A stretch of 64,000 bases of DNA. Source: Myxococcales bacterium (GTDB lineage Bacteria; Myxococcota_A; UBA9042). The notes under the pieces are model-generated. The model did no database searches, was not told the origin of the DNA, and saw only the letters and a list, made by a program, of their open reading frames with translations. The stretch is taken from positions 10,850 to 74,849 of the forward strand of contig JBBISH010000014.1 in assembly GCA_037441385.1 (NCBI GenBank), in the 5' to 3' direction. This document shows, in pieces, positions 36,399 to 45,805 of the stretch. The translations under genes were made by a program, and so were the position numbers. Numbering within the stretch: position 1 is the first letter of the stretch; the number at the start of each line of letters is the position of its first letter.

Positions 36399-38699
36399 AT
36401 GCAGCCGAGCCGCGCAATCAACCGTGTCTGTTCCGTCGCATGGCTGCTGTTGGCGGCCGTGTGCGGTAGCGGGTGCGCCGAGCCCGAGGCGACGATCGCC
36501 GCCCCCAAGGTAGAGAGCTGCAGCGCGGCGGCCTGCCACGCCGATGTGGAGCAAATCCACTACGGTGGCCAGATGTTGCGCTGCGTCGATTGCCACGGCG
36601 GCAACCCCGAGGCGCCGACCAAGGCGGGGGCGCACGTGACGGTGGACTACTCGTTCAACCCGACCACGCCGGGCAAGCACTTCTTGGACGACCCGCCGCT
36701 GGTGGACCTTGCCGCGGTCCCGACCGCAGTGATGCAGTTCTTGAATCCGGCCGATTACCGCGTAATTCGCAATACTTGCGGAAGCTCGACCTTGGCCGGC
36801 GGCAACTGTCACAGCATCATCACCAGCAACAGCTTGCTGCTGAATCGGGCGACGTTGGCGGGCCAGCTTGCCGGGGGTGGCTTCATCGCTGGCGTCCAGG
36901 GCAAGGCGGCCCACTACGGGGTGGTGCCAACCCGCGACACGCTGACACCCACCAAACTGCCGCCGCTCACTGCGGCTGACTTCCCGGCGCTTCCCGCGGA
37001 CGTGCCGGCGAGCGTGACGCCGACGACGGCCCAGGCGTTCTATCCTGTTTACGAGCAGTTGTGCACCGAGTGCCACCTCAGCCGCGAGGGCGCCAAGATG
37101 CCGGGGCGCTACTACTCAGCGGGGTGCAACGGCTGTCACATGACCACCGCGGACGATGGCCGCACCGTGAGCAGCGATCCCACGCAAAATCGCGAGGAGA
37201 TCGGTCACCCCATGCGGCACCGGTTCACGAATCTGGTGCCGGACCGGCAATGCGCGCACTGCCATATTTCGCACCTGGGTCGGGCGCTGTTGGCCCAAGG
37301 TGTCCGCGAGCGGAGCGAACCAGACGGCGACAAGCTGGCCGGCGGCCCCAACCGTGGCGCGGCGGACCCGCCCAACGCGGTGCCGTGGGCCAAAGAAAAC
37401 TACATAAAATACAAGGGGATGTATTGGCAGTACGGCAAACCGTACCCGTATTTCATCGCGGACGAGAACGGCACCAACGACACGGACGAGACGCCGCCCG
37501 ACATCCACACCGCCAAGGGCCTGGCCTGCATCGACTGCCACAACATCGTGGAGGAGCACGGCACGGGCAAGATGGCCTACCGGATGGACCAAGAGCTGGA
37601 CGTGCGCTGCCAGAGCTGCCACGGGCGGCCGGGCGAAAAGGCGAAGCTGATGTCGGATTCGGCTGTCACGTTTGACAAGGCGGGGACCGCGGCGGGCGGC
37701 TTTGGCGGAAACCCGCTGATGATTCATACGCTTGCCGATGGAACTGTGTACGAAACGGGCAAGATCGACGGCAAAGACCACCCCGTGACGCAGATCAACG
37801 CGCGCATCGATCCGGCTGGCAAGATCTACAACCCACGGACACGAATGGGTTGTCAGCTGCACGCCGGCTCGGCGGAGGCGCGGGCAGCGGTGCGCAAGGC
37901 GGTGAACGACCTTTCGGCCAAGGACCCCGCGGCGGTGGCAAAGGAGTTCCCAGGGCTACCGGAGGGATTCAAGTTCAAGGAGTTGGGCGGTGAAGAGGAC
38001 GGCCGGGTTGAGTGCTTTACCTGCCACAACAGCTGGACCTTGAACTGCTACGGCTGCCACATGGTCCGCGACGACCGCAAGAGCTACGTCAGCCGCATCG
38101 ACGGCAAGAAGAAGCTAGGCGCGGTCGAGAGCTTTGGCCTCTCCGTCCTGCCCGACGCGCTGGCGATGGGCTTCAACGCGCGGGGGCGCATCTCGCCGCT
38201 GGTGGGGACGTCGATCTTCTTTACGCACATCGACAAGGGCGGCAACAAGGTCATCGACGCCCAGGCGCTGACGACCGGCGAGGGGCTGACCGGCGAGGGC
38301 AACGTCCACAACCCCGTGCACCACCACACGATTCAAAAGCTGCCGCGCGACTGCACCGGCTGTCACCCGGCCGCGACGGGCGACACGAGCCCGCAAAGTG
38401 CCAACGCCAAGGCGGTGTTGCGCGCCGTCGGCCTGGGCACAGGCGAGGCAACCTTTGTCGACGGCAACGGCAAGACCCACTGGCTGGACCGGCTGCTTTG
38501 GGCCGACTACGACGGCGACGGCAAATGGGACGACCCCAAGACGCTGGGGCTGCCGCAGGCGCTGGCCGCGGTCGAGCGGGCGGTGGGCACGACGCACCTG
38601 CAGCTGCCCTCGTTCGTCGGCCTGCCCGACCCGGGGCCGCTGGACCTGGCGACGGTGCGGCGGGTCATCGACAACCGCGTGGTCAATCAGCGACCATAG
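36399..38699 (+). CDS. Multiheme c-type cytochrome lipoprotein
   Basis: Nine CXXCH motifs (CVDCH, CTECH, CNGCH, CAHCH, CIDCH, CQSCH, CFTCH, CYGCH, CTGCH) plus CX4CH (CSAAACH) and CX9CH; lipoprotein-type signal. Confidence 0.9.
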   Translation: MQPSRAINRVCSVAWLLLAAVCGSGCAEPEATIAAPKVESCSAAACHADVEQIHYGGQMLRCVDCHGGNPEAPTKAGAHVTVDYSFNPTTPGKHFLDDPPLVDLAAVPTAVMQFLNPADYRVIRNTCGSSTLAGGNCHSIITSNSLLLNRATLAGQLAGGGFIAGVQGKAAHYGVVPTRDTLTPTKLPPLTAADFPALPADVPASVTPTTAQAFYPVYEQLCTECHLSREGAKMPGRYYSAGCNGCHMTTADDGRTVSSDPTQNREEIGHPMRHRFTNLVPDRQCAHCHISHLGRALLAQGVRERSEPDGDKLAGGPNRGAADPPNAVPWAKENYIKYKGMYWQYGKPYPYFIADENGTNDTDETPPDIHTAKGLACIDCHNIVEEHGTGKMAYRMDQELDVRCQSCHGRPGEKAKLMSDSAVTFDKAGTAAGGFGGNPLMIHTLADGTVYETGKIDGKDHPVTQINARIDPAGKIYNPRTRMGCQLHAGSAEARAAVRKAVNDLSAKDPAAVAKEFPGLPEGFKFKELGGEEDGRVECFTCHNSWTLNCYGCHMVRDDRKSYVSRIDGKKKLGAVESFGLSVLPDALAMGFNARGRISPLVGTSIFFTHIDKGGNKVIDAQALTTGEGLTGEGNVHNPVHHHTIQKLPRDCTGCHPAATGDTSPQSANAKAVLRAVGLGTGEATFVDGNGKTHWLDRLLWADYDGDGKWDDPKTLGLPQALAAVERAVGTTHLQLPSFVGLPDPGPLDLATVRRVIDNRVVNQRP

Positions 38700-38726
38700 G
38701 ACGATATGCTCATGTATTTCATACAC

Positions 38727-39566
38727 ATGACACAAGGGTGCATTGTTGCGGTTGGCCTTGCGGCAACGTTGCTCGCGGGGTGTGAGTCCGAAACGGCGAC
38801 CCCGAGCGCGACGCCAGCGGTCGAGACCATGGCGGAGTTCACTGGGGCGCCCACGGCGGTGGTCGGCGGAGCGTGGGCGTGTGCGGGCAAGGCGCAAGGG
38901 ACCGTCACCGGCGGGGCCGTGGAACTGAACGGCTACGTGCGGTTGCTGAGCGACCCGGAGGCCAAACAGCCCGTGCCGGCGGCCAAGATCGAGGCATTCA
39001 GCGCAGCTGGCGTGTCGCTGTCGGAGCCGAGCTATGCGGACCCGAGCAAGGCCGGCCGCGTGGCGCTGTCGGTGCCCGTCAAGTCCACGGGCTTTGATGG
39101 GTACGCCGTCATTTCGCAAGCCGGATTCTTGGATTTTCGCCTGCAGTCAAGCCGCAAGGTGGTGTCGACCGATCTGGCCGGCTGGGCGTGGCTGGCGACG
39201 CAGGCGGAAGTGGACAGCCGGGCCCAGGCCATAGGGATTCCGCTTGAGGCGGGCAAAGGGATTCTGGTCGGTTCGGTCCACGACTGCGACGGTTTTGGCG
39301 CGGCCAACGCGGTAGTCGAGGTGGGCGGCTCGCTGAGCACGACGGTGCTGTACGCCGAGGGGTTTGACTTGGTCGCCAAGCGTGTCTTTACGGCGGATTC
39401 CGGGCGCTTTGCGGTGGCGAACCTGCCGGCGGGTCCGGTGACCATCAAGGCGTTCGGCCGCGCCAAGGCGGGTGGGAAGCTGCAACTGCTCTCCAAAATC
39501 GAAACGACCATCGTCGCCGGCAAGATGACGGCCGTGGACCTGGCCCCGCGCGCGGCCGGGCAGTAG
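38727..39566 (+). CDS. Lipoprotein with carboxypeptidase-regulatory-like (transthyretin-fold) repeats
   Basis: LLAGC lipobox; GILVGSVHDCDG..AANAVVEV and TADSGRFAVANLPAGPVTI. Confidence 0.7.
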   Translation: MTQGCIVAVGLAATLLAGCESETATPSATPAVETMAEFTGAPTAVVGGAWACAGKAQGTVTGGAVELNGYVRLLSDPEAKQPVPAAKIEAFSAAGVSLSEPSYADPSKAGRVALSVPVKSTGFDGYAVISQAGFLDFRLQSSRKVVSTDLAGWAWLATQAEVDSRAQAIGIPLEAGKGILVGSVHDCDGFGAANAVVEVGGSLSTTVLYAEGFDLVAKRVFTADSGRFAVANLPAGPVTIKAFGRAKAGGKLQLLSKIETTIVAGKMTAVDLAPRAAGQ

Positions 39567-39576
39567 TCAACGCACT

Positions 39577-40833
39577 GTGCCTGTGATTCTGCTGGGTATG
39601 CTGATGCTCGCGGCCGTGGCGGCGGCGGCACTGCGTCCGGCGGCCTGGTCGGGGACGCTGACGCTGGGCGCGACGATGCTGGCGCTCGCGCCGCTGTGGC
39701 TGGGGGCGGCGGCGTGGCTGTGGCGGCGGCCGGGGCGCATCGCGCTGCGGTGGGTTCTCCTATTTTCCTTGCTCTTTCGCCTGGGTGCGGCGCTGGAGCC
39801 GCCGGCGCTGTCGTCCGACGCCTACCGCTACCTGTGGGACGGCCGGGTCCAGCGAAGCGGGCTGAGTCCCTACGCTTTTGCCCCAGGCGACCCGCACCTG
39901 CAGCATTTGCGCGACGACCTGGTATTTACGCGCGTAAATCGGCCCGCGGCGCGGACCATCTACCCGCCGGGAGCCCAGCTGCTCTTTGTGGCGCTGCCGT
40001 ACGACATGGCGGCGGTGCGTTTCTTGTTCATCGCGCTGGACTTGCTGACGGTCTGGCTGGTCGCGCGGATGCTTTCTCGCATTGGCCAGGACCCGGCGCG
40101 GGCGCTGCTGTATGGCTGGAGTCCGCTCGCCATCTGCGAGGTGGGCAACGCGAGCCACCTGGACGCGGCGATGCTGCCCCTGCTCGTGGCCGGTGCGTGG
40201 GCGCTGATTGCCGGACGGACGCGGCTCGCGGGCTGGCTCTGGGGCGGCGCGGCGAGCCTCAAGCTGTATCCGGTGCTTGTCGCGTTTTCGCCAATTCGTA
40301 AGCATCGAAGCGCGGTTGGCACAAGGGTGCTACTTGTCGGGGCGGGGCTGTACGGGGTCTATGGGCTGGTCAGCGGCACGCGGGTGCTCGGGTTCTTGCC
40401 GGACTACGTGCGGGCCGCAGAGGACCACAACATCGGGCTGCGGGCGGTGTTCGAAGGTCTGGCCGCGCCCCTGGGGCCGGCGGCGGCGCGCATCGCGGGG
40501 TTTGGGGCGTGCGGGGTGGCGATGGCGGCGGGGGTGTGGCTCGTGCTGCGGCAAAGCGAAGACCCGCTGCGACGACTGCGCGACCTGATAGCCGTCTACT
40601 TGCTGACGGTGCCTACCGCGCTCCACCCGTGGTACGCCCTGTGGCTCTTGCCGTTTCTGTGCGCGGGCCCAACGGCGCCGGGGCTGTGGCTGCTGGCGAC
40701 GCTGCCGCTGTCGTACCTGAAATACTCGGCGCCAGGTGGCGTTCTGCCGCCGTGGGTGCCCGTGGTCGAGTTCCTGCCCGCTACGGTCCTGCAAGTGCGG
40801 CTGCTCTTGCGCACGCCGCAGGTGGCAGCATGA
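39577..40833 (+). CDS. GT-C membrane glycosyltransferase (GT87/DUF2029-like)
   Basis: LSSDAYRYLWDG, TIYPP, YGWSPL..E..N..HLD, KLYP and HPWY motifs; multi-TM. Confidence 0.8.
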   Translation: MPVILLGMLMLAAVAAAALRPAAWSGTLTLGATMLALAPLWLGAAAWLWRRPGRIALRWVLLFSLLFRLGAALEPPALSSDAYRYLWDGRVQRSGLSPYAFAPGDPHLQHLRDDLVFTRVNRPAARTIYPPGAQLLFVALPYDMAAVRFLFIALDLLTVWLVARMLSRIGQDPARALLYGWSPLAICEVGNASHLDAAMLPLLVAGAWALIAGRTRLAGWLWGGAASLKLYPVLVAFSPIRKHRSAVGTRVLLVGAGLYGVYGLVSGTRVLGFLPDYVRAAEDHNIGLRAVFEGLAAPLGPAAARIAGFGACGVAMAAGVWLVLRQSEDPLRRLRDLIAVYLLTVPTALHPWYALWLLPFLCAGPTAPGLWLLATLPLSYLKYSAPGGVLPPWVPVVEFLPATVLQVRLLLRTPQVAA

Positions 40834-42266
40834 GCCCGGCCCGGTTGGCCCTGGTGCCGTACCTGCTGCTGCTGGCGTGGATGCTTTTGTACAGCGCCCA
40901 CGCGGTCGTGCTCGTGATCTTGCACCGGCGCACGCCGCCGCCGGCCAAACCGCCGCAGTGGCCGGGCGAACTGCCGCTCGTTGCCGTGCAACTTCCTGTC
41001 TACAACGAAGAACTTGTCGTAGAGCGGCTGATCGCAGCGGTGGGCCGGCTGGACTGGCCGCGCGACCGGTTGCTTGTGCAAGTTCTGGATGACTCTACGG
41101 ATCGCACGACACAGCTCGCCGAGAGAGCCCTCGCGCACCTGGCGGAAGCCGGCCTCCAGACCCAGTTGCTGCGGCGCGGCGAGCGGTCGGGCTTCAAGGC
41201 CGGCGCGCTGGCCCACGGCATGGCGCACACTCCTGCGGAATTCTTCGCCATCTTTGACGCCGATTTCGTACCCCCGCCCGAATTCCTGCGCCGCGCGCTG
41301 CCGCACCTGGTCCCGGCCGACGTGGCCGCGGTGCAGGGCCGCTGGACGCACCTGAACCGCGACGCCTCGGCGCTGACCCGCGCTCAAGCCGTGGCGATTG
41401 ACGGACATTTCGCGATGGAGCAAGAGGCGCGCTTCCGGGCTGGCTGGCTGCTCAACTTCAACGGCAGCGCCGGAGTGTGGCGGCGCGCGGCGATCGCGGC
41501 GGCCGGAGGTTGGCGGGGCGACACGCTGACCGAGGACCTGGACCTGTCCTACCGCGCCCAGTTGGCCGGCTGGCGCCTGGTGTACGACCGCGACCTGGTT
41601 TGTCCGGCGGAACTCCCAAGTACTTTGGCGGACTTCAAGGCTCAGCAGCGCCGCTGGGCCACGGGCTCCATCCAGGTGGCGCGGTCGCTCTTGCCGGCCA
41701 TCTGGCAGAGTCCGCGCTCGCTTGCGACCAAGCTAGCCGCGACCCTGCACCTGACCCACTACGCCGTGCACCCACTGGTGGCGCTGACGGCTCTGATGTC
41801 GGTACCTTGCGTGCTGTTGCCGGGTCTGCAGCATCCGCAGGGCGCGCTGTGGCAGGTGATGGCGCCCTTCGCCCTGGCGATGGTGGGGCCAACGCTCTTG
41901 TATACTTACGCGCGCATGGAGCTTGGACTGCCGCTGCGGCCGCTGCTGGCCGACCTGGGCCCGCTGACGCTTTTGGGGATCGGGGTCGCGATCTCGAACG
42001 GCAAGGCGGTGCTGCAAGGGCTGCGGCCGGTCGTGCGCGAGTTCGAGCGGACCCGAAAGCTGGGCCAGGATGCGGGGTTGCCGGGCGTGTATGCCCAGCC
42101 CCGCGACCGGCTGCAGCCGTGGGAGTGGGCCCTGGCGGCCTATTGCCTGACTGCCGCCGCCGGGCTGGTTTGGAGCGGCGTCTACGCGGTCGCACCCTTT
42201 TTAGCCTTGGACGCCGCGGGGTTCGCGTATGTGGCCTGGGGCGGTCGGCCGGAGCGCAGGCCATGA
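40830..42266 (+). CDS. GT2 glycosyltransferase, cellulose-synthase-like
   Basis: QLPVYNE, QVLDDSTD, GFKAGAL, FDADF, FNGSAG, TEDLD, QQRRW; ATGA overlap with the upstream gene. Confidence 0.9.
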   Translation: MSPARLALVPYLLLLAWMLLYSAHAVVLVILHRRTPPPAKPPQWPGELPLVAVQLPVYNEELVVERLIAAVGRLDWPRDRLLVQVLDDSTDRTTQLAERALAHLAEAGLQTQLLRRGERSGFKAGALAHGMAHTPAEFFAIFDADFVPPPEFLRRALPHLVPADVAAVQGRWTHLNRDASALTRAQAVAIDGHFAMEQEARFRAGWLLNFNGSAGVWRRAAIAAAGGWRGDTLTEDLDLSYRAQLAGWRLVYDRDLVCPAELPSTLADFKAQQRRWATGSIQVARSLLPAIWQSPRSLATKLAATLHLTHYAVHPLVALTALMSVPCVLLPGLQHPQGALWQVMAPFALAMVGPTLLYTYARMELGLPLRPLLADLGPLTLLGIGVAISNGKAVLQGLRPVVREFERTRKLGQDAGLPGVYAQPRDRLQPWEWALAAYCLTAAAGLVWSGVYAVAPFLALDAAGFAYVAWGGRPERRP

Positions 42267-42973
42267 GGGTCGCGGTCATCATCCCGGCCTGGAACGAGGC
42301 AGCGAGCATCGCGGCCGTGGTCCGAGCGGTCCCGGTCGAACTGGGCGCCGTGGTGATCGTAGTGGATGGGGGAAGTCGCGACAGCACCGTCGAAATCGCG
42401 CGCGCGGTGGGGGCGGAGGTCGTGGTGGAGCGGCGCCCGGGCTACGGTCGCGCCTGTTTGACCGGAGTGGACAAGGCCGAAGCACTGGGTGCGGAGGTCG
42501 TGGCCTTCTGCGATGGCTCCGACGCCGCCAACCCAGCGGACTTGTTGCCGATCGTCCAGCCTGTTTTGGCCGGTACCGCGGACTTCGTGGTCGGGTCGCG
42601 GACGCTGGGGCTGGCGGAACCGGGCGCCCTGCGGCCCCTGCAGCGCGCGGGGAATTGGGCGGCCACCTGGCTGATTGTCCGGCGTTTTGGCGTGCGGTAT
42701 ACGGACCTGGGCTCGATGCGGGCGCTGCGGCTGGCGGACCTGCGCCGGCTGGACCTGCAGGAAATGGCCCACGGCTGGCCGACAGAGATGCAGGTCCTTG
42801 CTGCCCAACATCATTTGCGAATCCTTGAAGTTCCCATGCACTATCGGCGACGCCGCGCCGGGGCGTCGAAGGTCTCTGGGCATCCCCTGGGCGCACTCCG
42901 GGCCGGTTTGGCGATCTTGCGCGTGGCGAGCGGTATGGGTCGTCAGCAAGGTCGCCGGGGGCCGACTGGATAG
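42263..42973 (+). CDS. GT2 glycosyltransferase (polyprenol-phosphate glycosyltransferase, DPM1-like)
   Basis: VIIPAWNE, VVDGGSRD, GYGRACL, CDGSD, VVGSR, YTDLG and SKVSG motifs. Confidence 0.88.
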   Translation: MRVAVIIPAWNEAASIAAVVRAVPVELGAVVIVVDGGSRDSTVEIARAVGAEVVVERRPGYGRACLTGVDKAEALGAEVVAFCDGSDAANPADLLPIVQPVLAGTADFVVGSRTLGLAEPGALRPLQRAGNWAATWLIVRRFGVRYTDLGSMRALRLADLRRLDLQEMAHGWPTEMQVLAAQHHLRILEVPMHYRRRRAGASKVSGHPLGALRAGLAILRVASGMGRQQGRRGPTG

Positions 42974-43054
42974 GTTGGCGGGTTGTCCATCGCGCGGCCA
43001 AAGTCGATCATGCTCGGGTTGGCAGGGGCAAAGCGTAGGTGGCAAGGGGTGGCG

Positions 43055-44698
43055 ATGCAGACGAGTTCCCCGGTGGCGGTCGCGGTCATCAGCAAGCTGC
43101 CGCGGCTTGGACGCAGCAAGACCCGGTTGGCGCGGACGGTGGGCGCCGAGGCTGCGCTCGCGCTGCACCGCGCGTTTCTGGCGGACGAGTTGGAGCAACT
43201 GCACCGGCCCAGCGAGTGGGACCTGTACCTGATTCACGACCCTGCGGTGGACTTGGCCGAAGCGGGCGACCTGGCCAGCCTGCTCGGCGGCCACGCCCAA
43301 GGGCTGGTGCCCGGCCAGACGGGTCTGAGTCAAGAGTTGTTGCGGAGTTTTGAGCTGTTGCTCGGGTCGCACGGCAAGGTGGTGATCGTGAGCGGCGACG
43401 TGCCGCAACTCGATGCAGACTTGGTGGCGCAGGCGGTGGGCGCGCTGGACGCGGCGGACGTGGTCTTGGGCCCCGGACCGGACGGCGGCTACTACCTGGT
43501 GGGCCTGACGCGGCCGCACGACATCTTCACGACGATTCCGATGGGGACGGCGGCGGTGGAGCGCGCGACCGTGGCGCAGGCCCAGCGTTTGGGGCTCCGA
43601 GTGGCGCACGTCGCGGTGCTGACCGACGTGGACGAGGCGCAAGACCTGCTCGCCCTGGAGCGCGCTCCCCACGGCGTGGCGGCGCGGACGCGGTCTGTGA
43701 TCGAGCAACTGGAGCGCGACGAGGTCGCCGCGCAGCTGCCCAGCGAGTTGCAGGTCGAGGTGACGAGTCGGTGCAATCTGCGGTGCTCGGCGTGCCTGAT
43801 CAGCTACCAAGACCTGGACGAGGCTGCGGATCTGAGCTTGGACCAGTGGCAGCGCATCGTGAGCGACCTGCCGCGGCTGCAGCGGGTGGCGTTCCAGCTC
43901 AACGGCGAGCCCCTGGTCAATCCCCATGTTTTCGGGATGATCGCTGACGCCCGGCGGCGCGGGGCCCACACCGTCATGAACAGCAACGGCACGCTGCTGG
44001 ACCGGCAGCGGAGCGAGCAGGTGGTGGCGAGCGGCCTGCACGAACTGCGGATCTCGCTGGACGGCGCGCGGGCCGAGACTGTGGCCAAGATGGCGTGCGC
44101 GGACATCCTGGCCAAGGTCGAGCGGGGCGTGGCCGAGGCGGTGCGGGCACGCGGTTCGGGTCCGGGGCCGCGGCTGAGCCTATGGATGGTCGCGACGCGC
44201 TTGAACATTCACGAGCTGCCCCAACTGGTGCAGCTGGCGGCAGACTGGGGCATCGACGAGGTGTACGCGCAGCGGCTGGTCTTGACGGGGCACGGGACGG
44301 CGCGGCGAGAATACTCTGTCCACGGGCGGGATTCCGCGCTGCTCCACGACGCGGTGGCGAAGGCCGAGGCGGTGGCGGCGCAGACGGGGGTCGCGCTGCG
44401 GGCCTCTGGGCGTGTGCCGGTGCTACAGAGCTTTGCCGCGTCGAGCGACCCGCATCCGCAGCGCGCCTGCTACCGGCCGTGGCGGAGTGCGGTGGTCACG
44501 GCGACGATGCGGGTACTTCCCTGCTGCATCGGTAGTTTCACGGCGAACTACGACGACCTGGAGCTGGGCAACCTGGCGACGCAGACGTGGCACGAAATCT
44601 ACAATGGCGAGCGGTATCGCGCCCTGCGGCGTGGTATCCTCCAGCGTGGACCGCTGCGACCCGAGTGCCGCGATTGCGGTCACCTCTGGAGCCTGTGA
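43055..44698 (+). CDS. Fusion of DUF2064/TIGR04282 (CofC-like transferase) and radical SAM + SPASM/twitch domain
   Basis: KLPRLGRSKTRLA, GDVPQL, VLGPGPDGGYYLVG and DVDEAQDL, then CNLRCSAC, NGEPL, ISLDG, CYRPW, VLPCC and CRDC. Confidence 0.85.
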   Translation: MQTSSPVAVAVISKLPRLGRSKTRLARTVGAEAALALHRAFLADELEQLHRPSEWDLYLIHDPAVDLAEAGDLASLLGGHAQGLVPGQTGLSQELLRSFELLLGSHGKVVIVSGDVPQLDADLVAQAVGALDAADVVLGPGPDGGYYLVGLTRPHDIFTTIPMGTAAVERATVAQAQRLGLRVAHVAVLTDVDEAQDLLALERAPHGVAARTRSVIEQLERDEVAAQLPSELQVEVTSRCNLRCSACLISYQDLDEAADLSLDQWQRIVSDLPRLQRVAFQLNGEPLVNPHVFGMIADARRRGAHTVMNSNGTLLDRQRSEQVVASGLHELRISLDGARAETVAKMACADILAKVERGVAEAVRARGSGPGPRLSLWMVATRLNIHELPQLVQLAADWGIDEVYAQRLVLTGHGTARREYSVHGRDSALLHDAVAKAEAVAAQTGVALRASGRVPVLQSFAASSDPHPQRACYRPWRSAVVTATMRVLPCCIGSFTANYDDLELGNLATQTWHEIYNGERYRALRRGILQRGPLRPECRDCGHLWSL

Positions 44699-45441
44699 TG
44701 AGGAACCTCCTGTTTCTGCACGGCATACTCATCATGATGGCGAGCGCGTGCGTGGGGAACGGCGAGCTGGAAGCCCAGCTGACCGGCCAGGTGGTGGGCG
44801 ACGACGACCGACCGCTGGGGCCCGGACTGGTGATGGTCGAGCGGGGCAAGGTCCACGCTGGCGCTTACGAGGGCGGCGCGCTGATTGCGCCAAACGGCAA
44901 GTTCTCGGTGCCGCTTCCCGGCGGCGGTACGTGGGGCGTGCACCTCTTCAACGACAACTACTCGTACCTGCCCGTTGAGGTGACGATCGACCCGCATCAG
45001 CAGGTCGCGCTGACGAACATGATGGTGAACTGGGGCGTCTGGATGGACCTGACCGGGCAGCCGAGTTGGCCCGACCAGCCCGATGACGCGCGCCTGATTC
45101 GCCTGCCGACCGACGACAACAAGGCCGACAACCCCGTCATCCAGAACATCCAGATGAAGTACTTGCCCGGCGACCTGTTCCAGATCTCGGCCGATGTCAG
45201 CGACCCGACCCACGACCTGTCGCGGATGATCCTCGCCTTCGACGAGGCGACCGGCGCCGGCTACGCGATGAACCCGCCGGGTCCGCCCGACGCCAAGGGC
45301 TACTACCCGGAAGGCACCTACACTCTCAAGGTCTTCCTCAGCGACAAGCACGTCCGCGGCAAGTCGATGTGGCACTTCGTCGTCTCGGACGCGATGTGCA
45401 ACAACACCCCGATTCAGCACTTGCCCATGCCGGCCAACTAG
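44698..45441 (+). CDS. Hypothetical lipoprotein, translationally coupled to the radical SAM gene
   Basis: TGATG overlap; MASAC lipobox; strong codon bias. Confidence 0.75.
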   Translation: MRNLLFLHGILIMMASACVGNGELEAQLTGQVVGDDDRPLGPGLVMVERGKVHAGAYEGGALIAPNGKFSVPLPGGGTWGVHLFNDNYSYLPVEVTIDPHQQVALTNMMVNWGVWMDLTGQPSWPDQPDDARLIRLPTDDNKADNPVIQNIQMKYLPGDLFQISADVSDPTHDLSRMILAFDEATGAGYAMNPPGPPDAKGYYPEGTYTLKVFLSDKHVRGKSMWHFVVSDAMCNNTPIQHLPMPAN

Positions 45442-45672
45442 CCCGACCACACCACATGGCCAGCCACAGATGGCAGACCAGGGACGGCGGCAGATGGGCT
45501 GGCGCGGGCAAGGCGACGATCAGGGGCGCCAGGCGCGTGCGATCAGGCCTCCGACGGATGGGACGACAGTTTGCCACCGACCAGGCTTGGTGCGGTTTCC
45601 GGAGCATGCCCCGATTGGCGGCGGGGTTCCCGGAAGTGGAGGCACGTGACCCGGCGCGCGGTCGCCGCTTGA

Positions 45673-45737
45673 TACGAACCCCGGTTCGGGCCCGAAGAAT
45701 TGCCCGAGTTTTCGATCCGATTCGGACGGAACTGGTA
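45673..45737. mobile_element. Family A MITE, internally deleted copy with TGA target-site duplication
   Basis: TGA|TACGAACCCCG GTTCGGGCCCGAAGAATTGCCCGAG...GGAACTGGTA|TGA; both ends are intact. Confidence 0.75.
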
Positions 45738-45805
45738 TGAGTGGTGAAAACTCAGAGGCTCTGCTAGCCTGGACTCGCCCCGGCTAGGCGCCCCGAGAAC
45801 ACCCC

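Noticed and set aside
39577..44698. Selenoprotein or definite arsenosugar pathway
   Set aside because: No in-frame TGA with SECIS was recognised, and there is no ArsM-like methyltransferase or ArsS-type rSAM; only the DUF2064 association exists.
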